From Isurus oxyrinchus (Eukaryota), in contig JANJGN010000041.1 in the NCBI GenBank assembly GCA_026770705.1, positions 5,766,001 through 5,830,000 of the forward strand: a DNA stretch of 64,000 nt, read 5' to 3'. Made by a program: the position numbers and the translations under genes. Positions 48,301 to 60,472 of the stretch are shown here, piece by piece. Position 1 is the stretch's first letter. Each line of letters begins with the position of its first letter. The notes beneath the pieces were generated by a model. That model was not told the DNA's origin, did not search any database, and saw only the letters and a program-made list of their open reading frames with translations.

Positions 48301-51300
48301 ATATGCAAACAGGTCCATAGATCTGCAGCCTTAGTCTCACAGATACTTAAACTGAAATCCAACCTAGGTTTCAAAAACTGCTTAACGCACAGGAGTAAAA
48401 AAAATAATTAAATTAAACGTAAAGCTATATCTTTTTCCAGAACCCACAAAAACAAACAAAACTCAATTAAAATACTTGCGCCAAACATAGGTGTTAAAGA
48501 TTTTCAATTAAATCTCAAAGTTGGAATGTTTATTTTTTTAACAATGAACCCTCGACTGAGCCTAACTTATCACATATGAATTGCTATAATTGATTAGTTA
48601 AGTGGAATTCCTTAAGTGTGATGGTAAAATAACATAACGGGAATCAGAGAACGAAGTTGGGAAATGTACGATTATCCAAGGACCTCAGATTCCTTGAAGA
48701 CTGACAGCAAAGTGAAGTCTCTCTTCTCTTTCAGAAAAGAAGTTTAGTTGTATCTCCAAACCATGACACCACTGACACAATTGTCAAGCTGTGCCAATTT
48801 ACAACTCAGTCCACAAATTGCATTTCTAACTTTATTCCCACTTTTGTCCATGACTCAGAAAGAGACCGTATTACCTAATCCGACTGGTTATTGTGAGGTC
48901 GGACCACTTTTGTACACCTCGCATGTGAGTTACAATCTGAGGAAAATTATTTATTACTTCATCAGTCCTGAAAATGTTGCATTCTACAGGTGTAGATGCA
49001 AGTCACATCTTCTTATGAATAATTCAAAGTATCTCAAATAACTGGCATACAAATCATTTCCATGGATACTAAAGCAATTAGCAATGCATGTTGATAACGG
49101 TTCTACCAAAATGTCAGGCAAGGAATGTTTTCCTTTTAACAAATAGCTCTTCAGTCCTACAGATACAGTAAATTATTTATTGTTTGGTGAGCGATAAGAT
49201 TTTATACTAAATTCATGGAGATGAATTTAATATTTTTTTCTTTATCTTCCAAATAATAAAAACACATTAAAACCACTTCCAAAACGATTGGCATTATATT
49301 TCTTGCTCTCTAATCTACAGAGGCGATTGCAGCATCCATATAATTTTGCGAGATGAAGTTTAATGCATTTATTATATCTAAAACCAGCTCTTTCAAAACT
49401 CTTGGATTTCGTTAACTTTCAGTCCCGTTGATTTCTTCAGTATGAAACATTATTTTCTTCAGATTCACATTCTCACCAGTCCCTTGTTGTCTCCTATTTC
49501 TGAGATTGTTATTTCTCCCTTCCTCCATGAAGAGAGACAAAAAATTATGGCTATTTTCCATTCTGTTTCCTTTTTCCCCGTTATAAATTCTTCTTTCACT
49601 TCCTGCTATTTTCACGGTTATTATTTTCCTTGTCTATGCAACCATTGAATTGTGCTCATTGTTCTCGACAACGTAGCTTCAAACTTGCTTTTCTCTTTTT
49701 ATCACTTTTTTTTTTTTGCCTTTCGTTCCTCTTTGCCGAATTCTAAATATCTTCCAATGCTTAGGGTTATTACTTATTTCTCAAAGTTATGCTCCTCTTC
49801 CTTTTATTTAAAAGAATAAATAAGGACTATTATTTGCCTTGGATGGATTAGGTTTCTTGCTGTGATTTCCTGTACCTCAAATCAATGTTTAGTTTTTGTA
49901 AACAAGTAATTTATTGTTTAAATCGATCTTTAAAACCATTCCTTGTCTACCGTCATATATTTTAACGTAATTACCCATATGCAACAGTAAATTGTCGCTT
50001 ATACCTTCGTAGTTCTCAATGGTTTGACTTATGACCCTTGTTCCGGCTTGCATTACATCACTTTATACGCAAATATAGAATTTTATCATATTATTGTCAC
50101 GCTCTCTTAATGCTCTTTTCTAACAAGAATATTAATTAGCCATTACTCAATGCAAAAACCAGAGGTGAACTCTCCATTCCATAATTAGTTCTACAAAGCA
50201 CTGTTCCAGCCCAGTAAATCCTTATATTGCCGTCTCTCATCATTACTGCATTATTTTGTTACATGCATCACTATTTTCCTTTTCTATACCTCTCCCTCCA
50301 TTAGCAATACTGTTTGGTGCCTCCCATTCCCACCATACTTCTCCCCCTTTTTTTTGCTGCACCCAAACTGTTTCTGCTTCTTGATATTAAGATCTAAGAT
50401 CCACTCATCATTGTACCTCATCCTTTATTAACAGCGCTTCCCAACCTTCCTTATTTTTTGCCCATTCTTGCAAAGTGTTGAAAACCCATGAGCAATCAAT
50501 TCCAAGGCTTGATCACCTGCAGTTAGATCTCCGAAAAGGCAAAGAAAAATAGCATACCTGTTTACTTCTATTTGCAATGTCATTCGTCTACATTGCTGGG
50601 AATGTTGTGTGTATTCATGTAGAGTGCATTTAGTTATGTTTTTTTTAATTAATTTCACAACCTATTGCTGTATCTGCTTGTGTGCTCGAAATTTAGTGTG
50701 CCCTGTCCATCCCTACAACAATCAGAATTTTGAACCAATACAATAATGAGCTTCTAAAGAGTAAATTTTTAAACTCAGACGACTGGATCCATTCGAAAAA
50801 TGACATTTTGTGTCCCAATTAATAACGGAATTCCATGTAACATCTAAATTACGACATGTAAAAAACATTTTAAAACTGATATATCTTTAAATACTCCTTA
50901 GGTGAATTGTTTTAAAATATTCTATAACTGACATTTCTTAAATGATGTGCAACTCAATTTTTTGAAAGACAACGTGAGTGATGTTTCTGAAACAATTCAT
51001 GAAAGGCAATTTCCAAAACATGAGCTTTTGCTGACTATTTTTTCCAAAGACTTATTTTTGAAAAGAAACGCATAATTGGCTTCTTGAAAAATTAAGTAAC
51101 TGATATTTTCGTTACAGACTTTAAATGGCGTTTCCAGAAATGCCACATTACTTTTTTACAAATAAACTATAACTCATTTTTTGGAAAACAATCCATTACT
51201 ATTTCTTAAACAATCTAAAATTGATATTTTTTGGAAATAATATGACCTCCTTGAAGCATTAAACAGCGCATATTTCTGAAGCATTCGGTGACTGACAGTC

Positions 51301-51365
51301 TCTAACTGACATTTCTGAAAGATTGTAACACTGACCTTTGTTCAAACACCCGGAAACTGTCACCA
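45340..51365 (+). repeat. Segmental duplication, copy B (CR1 + unique DNA + LTR-like + CR1 minus + AT-rich array)
   Basis: Collinear with 27290-34600, but lacks about 1.1 kb of the minus-strand CR1 present in copy A (31.36-32.55 kb). Confidence 0.85.
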
Positions 51366-51369
51366 TTTA

Positions 51370-52410
51370 AAACAAAAAATGAAATAAATATACCTGCAAA
51401 AAGTCAGCAGGTCTGGCAGCATCTGCGGAGAGGAAAATAATTAACGTTTCGAGTCCGTATGACTCTTCAGCAGAACTTATAAAAAATAGAAAAGAGTTTA
51501 ATTATAAGCTGGTAATAAGGGGGACAGTGTAGAGCTGTATACAGAGCAAGTGATAGGTGGCGATAGCCAAGTGATGACATCGACATAAGGACAAAGAAGT
51601 GTTGAAGGCGGTGATATTATCTAAGGAATGTGCCAATTAAGGATAGAAATCAGGACAATCAAGGTACAGGTAGCCCTTGTGGGGCTGGGCTGGGGTGAAG
51701 GGAAGGGATCGAAACAGCCTAACAGGTAGAGATTAAACAATGGATGAAAATGCGTTTAAAAATAAAGGAAATAGGTGGGAAAAGAATTTTTTTAATAAAC
51801 TATTCGGAAAAAGAGGGGGGGAAGGGGGGGCGATGGTTGGGATCGGAAAGGGGTGGGGATGGAGTAGAGAGTTCCGGACCTTAAATTGTTGAACTCAGTA
51901 TTCAGTCTGGAAGGCTGTAAAGTGTCACGTCTAAAGATGAGGTGCTGTTCCTCCAGTTTGCGTTGAGCTTCACTGGAACAATGCACCAGTCAAACGACGG
52001 ACATCTGGTCATGAGCGCAGGGTGGAGTTTGGAAATATCAAGTGACAGTAAGGTCGGGTCATGCATGCGGGCAGACCAAAGGTGTGCTGAAAAACGGTCA
52101 CCCAGTCAGCTTTTGTCCCTCCAATGCAGAGGAAACATGCACTTGAGCAACAAATGCAGTAGATTAATGCAGTAGGCAGCCTTCCGCAGGGATATTTCCC
52201 TTCGGGATACCCTGGACCACTCCTCCATCACCCCCTACACCTCAGCCCCCTCCCACGGTACGTTCACATGCAACCACAGAAGTTGCAACACCTGCCCCTT
52301 CACTTACTCTCTCCTCAGCGTCCAAGGGCTAAAACAATCCTTCCCATGGAAGCAACATTTCACCTGCACTTCCCTCCATTTTGTCTAATGGATTCGTTTC
52401 TCCCAAGTCC
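51370..52410 (-). mobile_element. Penelope-like retroelement 3' part (GIY-YIG endonuclease) with an inverted 5' segment
   Basis: Minus strand: IYCICCS...CIG.T...LGDRFSAH and QRKLEEQHLIFR.DTLQPSRLNTEFNN, then the terminal gactcgaaacgttaa...gatgctgccagacctgctga. Plus strand 52175-52405: AFRRDISLRDTL...GTFTCNHRSCNTCP. Confidence 0.85.
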
Positions 52411-53349
52411 ATTTTGGTCGAGGCTCTGGTAAGAGGAATTGAAAAGCGGTGCGGGTTGGTGAGGAAATTAGGAAGCTTTTCGGCAGGTCAAGAGCCACCA
52501 GTGTGGGGGGACAGTTAGGGTGTTTGGGGGAGGTATTGCTGTGGAGTGAAGTGTAGATAGGGGCTAGTGGGGTGGACGGAGCCTCGATAAAAAAATAAAA
52601 GAACTACCGATGGTGAACATAGAGTCAGCAACGAATACCAGGAATAATTTATAGGTACATGGCTGAAACTTCCTCAACCACCCTGCATTTGTCCCTAAAT
52701 CATATCGACTGCAGTGTTTCAGGAAGCCGGCTGACCACCAGGTTCCCATGGGCAATTAGTTATTATCAATCTAATAAGTGGTCCTAGCCAGCGTCGCTAA
52801 CTCTGCATGACTGAGAAAACATTAATAGGCTCGCTAACGTGTTCACATATTTGATTCTGTATATTTATCTGTGTGTATATTTTGACAGTCAGGAGTTGAC
52901 TATTTGTGCTTTGATCCCACAGACAGAGAGGGAACTGGTGCTTTATATTCAGTGGCAGCTCATTCTCCAGACCTTGCTGAACGGTGCAAGATAGGAAAGC
53001 GAATGGTGACTGCGCAGTTCCTTTTCGGAACGAAATATTTAAGAAAAATACAACGTATTAAAATTAGAAATATTTACCTCTCCGTGCAAATTTATAATAC
53101 ATGACAGAAGGAAACTGAAATGAAGATGGAGAATGAGAACGCGAAAGGTGGATAAAATAAACATTGCAAGAAAAGAAACGAGTGAGACAGAGCAAGAGAA
53201 AATCATCGAGACATAGAGAGTGAGTGAACGAAGAGGGAGAGACAGGGCAGAGGGGGAGATGCAGAGACAGAGAGCGAGAGATTACGAGAGAGAGAGGATG
53301 TACTGATAGATATAGAGGCAGAGAGACTGATCTGGAACCGGACACAGAA

Positions 53350-53625
53350 ATAAAAGGACGGGGAACATATCCACTTGTTCTCCCTATCTATGCTGCAAAG
53401 CGCATCCTTAATAAGCTTCAATAGATTTGTCAGAAGTGACCTCGCTTTGATCAGTTGACTTTGAACCTGCCAAATCAGATAATTTCCTACATAACCTGTA
53501 ATCGAACCCTTTATAATAGTTTCAAACAATTTCCCGAGTACTGAATTCAAACACTGAAGGTTTATTTCTGCCTCCCGTCATAAATACTGGTGTTACATTG
53601 CCTACTTCACATCCGGTAATTTTAA
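53350..53625 (-). mobile_element. CR1 RT fragment
   Basis: ORF 53203-53550 reads SVLGKLFETIIKGSITGY...ARSLLTNLLK. Confidence 0.7.
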
Positions 53626-53760
53626 CCTTCACAACTATCAGTCATCACCCTCCCCACCACACGCAGTTTTGTGGCTGAAAAACTTTCTTCACCATGTGAT
53701 TGAGCCACAGGGAATATTTGAACAGAAAGTTTTATCAGTTTCTCCTTCTCTCTACTCCAG

Positions 53761-54664
53761 TTGCATTACTGGGGATGGGCATCCTGTACCGGGGTAAGTG
53801 TGGCATCACTACCTTCACCACTCGATACCTGGTGGCTATAGGAACGGCAAATCTTCTGCTCATTATCACTGACGTCATAATGAAACACATCAAATTTTAT
53901 TATTTTTCAGTACGCTACATGAGCATCACCCCTGTGTGTAGTGTTCAAGCTATTCTGATGGGTGCGGCCAGAGACTGTTCTGTCTGGTTTACCGTCGCTT
54001 TCTTCTTTGATTGATTTGTGACCATCTGTTGCCAGAAGCTGAAAACAAAATATTGCACCCGGAAAACTGCGGCGGTGTTTGCAGCAATAATCTGTGTTCT
54101 GTTCTATTTAAAGAACATCCCCAGGTACTTTACATTTGACCATGAACTGATAATCAACAATGTGTCTTTATTATGCATTACAAAGGTAAACACTGTAACT
54201 GAAAACGGATGGCTGGCATGTACCTGGCTTGATAACGTTTTATCCCATTGCTCCCAATCACATTAATTCTGTTGCTCAACACACTGACCGTCGGACGGAT
54301 TTTAGTGAGCTGTCGAGCCCGTAAGGTGCTGAGGGGTGAGAGTAAGGGAGAGAAGCGCAGTGACCCAGAGATGGAGAACAGAAGGACGTCTGTGATTTTA
54401 CTCTTCACGATACCCGACAGCTTCATTCTCCTGTGGTTGCTGACTGTTAAATTATTCTTGTATTCTAAAATTAGTGGACTTGTTTTTACAAGCCAACCTG
54501 AGATAGTTTTTCAATACGTTGGATGGATGCTGCGTAATTTAAATTGCTGCACAAACACATTAATTTATGTGGTGACTCTGTCAAAATTCTGAGAGCAGAT
54601 CAAGAGTGCTGTGAATTATCCGGTACCATCAATTATACAATTAATGAATGTACAGAGGAGCTGA
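53761..54664 (+). pseudogene. GPR139-like class A GPCR copy 2, main exon (disabled)
   Basis: Acceptor tctctactccag| is intact. It reads ILYRGKCGI..TTRYLVAI..ANLLLII, DCSVWFTVAFFFD*FVTICCQKLKTKYC, LILLLNTLTV, DPEMENRRTSVILL and NCCTNTLIYVVTLSKF*EQ. Stops at 54012 and 54590 and a frameshift near 54245. Exon 1 was not identified. Confidence 0.92.
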
Positions 54665-54829
54665 TAAAAAAGTCCAGAGGTCGCTCCCAATGTCTCCAGT
54701 CCAGTAATGGAACTCCCAATTCATGACCGGCAAATAGCAGAGAGACATTGGCTAAGAGATGAAGGCTGGGAGAGGGAAACTAAAATTCCATCTGTCCAGG
54801 ATCTATTCTCATCAGAGAGGCGAATTCGA

Positions 54830-55400
54830 TGAATGACAGCTGCATCTGCCAATCAGGAATCAACTTCTGTTGATTCACTGCTGCCCACACAAATCATTGA
54901 GATCTACTTGGTGATTGGCTGTTGCATCGACAAATTAGCCAATTCAACAGTTCACCCACAGCTGCCAATTTGTGATCTCACCTCGTGAATGATAACATAT
55001 CAGCCAAGCTGGTAAACCAACCAGGTGACGTATATCATTTCAGCCAATCGGCAAGATAGCAGCCTGGCAGACAGCTGCATTCACCAAACAGGGAAACATT
55101 CTTGTTAATTAACAGCGACCTCTGTAAATGATCAACCTCCGACTGGGGAAAGACAGAGATTTCATCCAATCAGGCAGCATCACCTTGTGACTGAGAGTAC
55201 CCCTCAACAATCAGAGAGTTCCGCGCGGTAAATGCAATGGCCTCTTTTATTCAGGAACTCCTGTATGGACAAAGCAGAGCTACAGAGATGTGACTGTCAT
55301 CTCAAATAACTAATCGAAATTTATGAAAGAACGATCATCATCCACAATCCTTAACGGAAACTTTGCACTGTCCGACTCACAGTTGCCTTATCCAATCACA
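54830..55400. repeat. Degenerate CCAAT-rich tandem repeat
   Basis: Recurring gacagctgc...ccaatcag units about 40 bp apart. Confidence 0.45.
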
Positions 55401-58060
55401 GATGGAGTAACAGGCACGGCCCGCACTCTGACAATTGATTAGCAGGTCCCGGCTCCGCTCTGACAATGAAGGAACAGGCCCCGCCTCCACTCTAATATTG
55501 TGGCCACAGGTCCCACCTCAGCTCTGTCAAAAGGGCATCAGACCCGCCCCCGAACTGGCAAAACATCACCAGGCCCCTCCTCCACTCTGACAATTTTTGC
55601 AAAACTCACCGCGCCAGCTTGGCGAATGCATCAACAGGCTCCGCCTCCACTCTGACAGTGTAGTATTAGGCAACACCCCCTCTCTGACAACAAAGTAGAA
55701 GATCATGCCTCCCCTCTGAAAATCTAGGAACAGGCCATGGCTCCGGTTCAACAATGGAGCAACAGGACCCGCTGCAGTTTCGAAAATGGATCAAAAGGCC
55801 GCAGCTCTGCTCTGAGAACAGGCCCCACCTCCGCTCCGACCATGGAGCACCTGGCCCAGCATCGGATCTGACAAAGGAGCAACAGGCTCTTGCGCTGCTC
55901 TGACAATGGAGGAAAAAGCTCTGCTCTGCCTCTGACAATGGAGCAACAGGCCTCGCTCAAGCGCTCTCGGTGGATAAACATGTTCCGCCGTGGCTCTGAT
56001 GAAAGAGCAGTGGGCGCAGCCCCGGTTCTGACTATCGGTCAACATAAAGTATGACAATGGACTAACAGACCCCACTCCTTCTCTGACAACGGAGCAACAG
56101 GACCTGCCTCCTCCCTGACAATGGAGTAACAAGCATCCCTTCCGCTCTGAAAATGGAGTAACAGGCAAAGCCCCCGCTCTGACAAGTAATCAACAGGCCC
56201 CACCTCCTCTCTGAAAATGTAGCAACAGAAACCTCCCCTGCTCTGTCAAAGGAGCAACAGGCCCCACCTCCGCTATGAGAAGAAGGAATAGGCACCGAGT
56301 ACGCTCCGAGCAGGGAGCAGCTGGCCCAGCCTCAGGTCTGACAATGGAGCAACAGGACCCGCCCCCGCGCTGTGAATGGAGGAAAAGGCACTGCATCGCT
56401 CTCAAAATGGATCATTGGATCCCGCATCTGCTATGGCAATGGAATAACAGTCCCTGCTCCTGCTCTGTACCTGGAGCAACAGGCCCTGCCTCCTCTCTGA
56501 CAATATAGCAACAGGTCCCGCCCCAGCTCTGTAAAAAGAGCATGAGGCCCCACGCCTGTTCTTACAAAAGAGCATCGGGCGCAGCCTCGGCTCTGACAAT
56601 GAATCAATAGATGCCACCTCCGCTATGACAATGCAGAAAACAGACTCCTCTCACTCTCTGACAATGGAGCAACAGGCCCTGCCTCCGATCTGACAATGGA
56701 GGAACAACCCAGCCCCCTCTCTGACAATGAAGTAACAGGCCATGCCTCTGCTCAGACAATTGATCAACAGGCCTCTCCTCCGCTGTGACAATGGAATAAC
56801 TGGCCACGCCTCTGCTCTTTCAATTGATCAACAGGCCACGCCCTGACTCTGACAATGGAGTAACAGCCACAAACCCCGCTCTGATAATTGATCAACAGGC
56901 CACGCCTCCGCTCTGACATTGGGGTATCAGGCACTGCCACCAATCTGGCAATTGTTCAGTTGGACCCGCCTCTGCTCTGACAGTAAAGGAACAGTTCCTG
57001 CTCCCGGGCTGACAATGAAGGAACAGGCTCTGCCTCCCCACTCAGAATTCAGCAATAGGTTCCGCCCCAGCTCTGTCAAAAGAGCATGAGTCCCCACCCC
57101 CGCACTGGCAGAAGATCAACAGGCCCAGCCTGCACTCTGGCAATGGAACAAATTGCCCCACGACAGACTTCACAATGCATCAACAAACCCCACCTCTGCT
57201 CTGACAATGAAATATCAGGCAACACGCACTCTCTGACAACGCAATAACAGGCTATGCCTCCACTCTGATAATCCAGGTAAAGGCCCCGCCTCCGCTTCGA
57301 AAATGGAGCAACAGGCCCAGCCTCGAGAATGGCAATGGAGCAAAAGAACCATCCCCCACCCTGACAATGGAGTAACAGGCCTCGCCCAAGCTCCCTCATT
57401 GGATCAAAATGTCCCGCTCCTGCTCTGACAAATGAGCATCAAGCCCCACCCCTGTTCTGTCCAAAGACCATCGAGGTCAGCCCCAGCTCTGACAGTGGAT
57501 TAATTGACGCCGCCCCCGCTATGTCAATGAAGTAACAGTCCCCGCTCCCGCTCTGCCAATGGAGCAAGTGGCCCTGCCTCCCTCCCTTCTGACAATGTAG
57601 CAATGGGTCCCGCCCCCGATCTGTCAAAAGAGCATCAGGCCCTGCACCCGCAGTGGCAAAAGAGCAACAGGCCCCACCTCCGCGCTCGCAATGAAGGAAT
57701 AGGCCCCGCCCACGCAGCGGCGAAAGAGCAACAGGCCCCGCCCCCGCAGTAGCAAAAGAGCAAAAGACCTCGACTCCACTCTGACAATGGAGTAACAGGC
57801 ATTGGACTCGAACGGGGAATGGATAAACAGGCCCTGATCCGTGGCTGACAATGGGGTAACAGGCACAGGCCGCGCTCAGGCAGTGGATAAACAGGCCCCG
57901 CCTCCGCTTTGACAATGAAGGAACAGGCCCCGCCCCCACAGCGGCAAAAGAGGATCATGTCCCGTCCCTGCTCTGAGAAAAGAACATCGGGCGCAGCCAA
58001 GGCTCTGACAATGGATCAAAAGATCCCGCCTCAGCTATGACAATGGAGTAACAGAACTCG
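55400..58060. repeat. GC-rich ~32-34-bp minisatellite (ctctgacaatggagcaacaggccccgcctccg)n
   Basis: Directly visible array of about 2.6 kb. It is the source of the LLLHCQ.GG ORFs. Confidence 0.95.
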
Positions 58061-58084
58061 CTCAGCTTTCATCATGTGTCATGA

Positions 58085-58240
58085 CAGCACGCCTTCAGTA
58101 CTGAGACTCCGACATTGCGGCACTCGCTCAGTACTGACCCTCCGACGGTGCAGCACTCCCTCATTACTGACCCTCTGACATTGCAACACCGCCTCAGCAG
58201 CCACCAGGTGACAGTGCAGTGCTCCCTCAGTACTGTCCAG
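58085..58240. repeat. 33-bp tandem repeat (cactccctcagtactgaccctccgacagtgcag)n
   Basis: Four to five visible units. Resembles SINE-derived repeats common in shark genomes. Confidence 0.75.
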
Positions 58241-58289
58241 TGATGACTTCAGAAAGCCATATTGAAAAGCCAGGGATTTGTATTAAAAG

Positions 58290-60432
58290 CATTTCTCCTC
58301 TAGTTGCACATTGACCTCAATCACACCATGTTATGAAATGCATTCGTTATCTACTTGAACGCTGCATTGCGCTCTCTCCAACTGTATTTGTTTAACTGGA
58401 TTAGTCCTTAATTTGCACACGGCATCCCTCCCTCACTCTCTAATGTATTACTTGTATTACCATTCTATTTGTACACTGGGTTGCTCTCTCTCTCTCTCTC
58501 TCCAATTATATAATTGCTTCCAACTTCCATTTGCAGATTGGGTTGCTCTCTCTTTCATTTGTTAATTATATTCTTCTTCTATTTGCGACCTGTTCTTCTT
58601 TGCTTTTCTTCCTAATTGCTCAACTGCATTCGTCCTCTCGTTGGGAACATGTTTGCTCTCAATCTCTCTCTATTAATTGAATTCTTCCTACATTTGCACA
58701 CTGGGTTCCCTCATTCTCTGTCCGTCATATATTAATAATATTCCTCCTCTCTTTGCACACTGGGCTTCTCTCTCACTCGTAGTTATTAATTGCATTCCGT
58801 GTGTATTTGCACACGGGCTTAACCCCTCTATCTCTCTCACTAATTATTTGTATTACTTTTCTATTTGCACACTTTTTTTTTCTCTCTCTCTCTCCCAGAT
58901 TTTTAAATTACATTCCTCTATTTGCACATTGATTTGCTCTCTCTCTATCTAATTTATTAATTGTATTTCTCTTCTATTAGGACACTGCTCCTCTCTAATT
59001 GAAAATTTACATTGCTTCTGTCTTTGCACAGTGGGTTGTTGTTCTCTCGTTTTCTCTCTAATTTATGAATCACATTGCGACTTTAATTGCACACTGTGTT
59101 CCTCTCTCTAATTTGTTAATTACAGTTCTCCCCTTTTTGCACATATTTCTCTGTCTACTTTTTTATTCACAATCCTCCTCCATTTACACACCGTGTTGTT
59201 CTATTTCTAAATTATTAATTGCATTCCCCCTCTATTTGCACACTTGTTTGCTCTCTTTCCAATTGATAAATTATATTCTTCCTCCATTTTCACACTGGGT
59301 TGTTCTCTATCTCTATCTAATTTAGTAATCGCATTCTCCCCTATTTGCACAATATTTTGCCCTCTATCTAGTCCGCTATTTGGATTCCTCTTCCATTTGC
59401 ACATTGGTTTGATCTCTCTCTCTCTCTCAAGTTTATAAATACATTATTCCTCCGTTGCACACTGGCTTGCTCCATCTCACTCGCTAATTTATTATAGGCA
59501 TTCCTGCTCTATTTTGAAAAAGGCTGGCTCCCTCTCTCACTTTCTCTCTCTCAAACTTATAAATTACATTCCTTCTCTATATGCACACTGGTGTGCTCTA
59601 TCCCTCGCTAACTAATTTTTTAATAGTAGTTCTCTTCCATTTGCACAATGATCAGCGGTCTCTCTCTTTATCAAATTCATAAAATACATGGCTCCTCTCT
59701 TTTCATACTGGGTTCCTGCCTTGCTCTCTCTAATTTATTAATCACGCCCCACCTCTAATTGCACACTGTCTAGCTGACTCTCTAATTTATGAATTACAAA
59801 CTTCTTCTGCTTGCAAACATGGTTGCTCTCTCTCTCTCTCTTTCTCTCTCTCTCAATTTTTTAAAATTACAATCATCCTCTATTTGCACACCATGTTGTT
59901 CTCTTTCTAATTTATTAATTGCAATCCCCTTCTCTTTTCATGCTGGTTTGTTCTCTCTGTAATTTATTAATTGCATCCCCCCTCTATTGGCAAACTGGGT
60001 TGTTCTCTCTCTAATTTATTAATTACAATCCCCCTCTATTTGCACGCTGGGTTGTTTTCTCTCTAATTTCCTAATTGCATCCCCCCTCTATTTTCACGCT
60101 GGATTGTTCTCTCTGTAATTTATTAATTGCATCCCGTCTCTATTTGCACACTGGGCTGCTGTCTCTCACATTTATAAATTACTTTCCTCCTCCGTTTTCA
60201 CACTGGTTTGCTCTCTCCCTCCTTCTCTCTCCTTCATTTTTTGCTCACATTCCTCCGCTATTTGCACAATGGGTTGACCTCTCTCCAACCAGCTAATAGG
60301 ATTCCTCTTCTATTTGTACACCGGTTTGCTATCTCTCTCTCAAATTTATAAAATGCATTCCTCCTCTATTAGCACACAGGCTTGCTGTCTTCTCTAATTT
60401 ACAAATTAACCTGCTTTCCATTTGCACTCGGA

Positions 60433-60472
<40 letters not shown>

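Noticed and set aside
52904-53104. Candidate first exon for GPCR copy 2
   Set aside because: No convincing YY...GVP motif or splice donor.
55566-58000. ORFs with LLLHCQ.GG repeats and a possible CpG-island promoter
   Set aside because: They arise from a 32-34-bp minisatellite whose unit length shifts the frame. No downstream exon was found.
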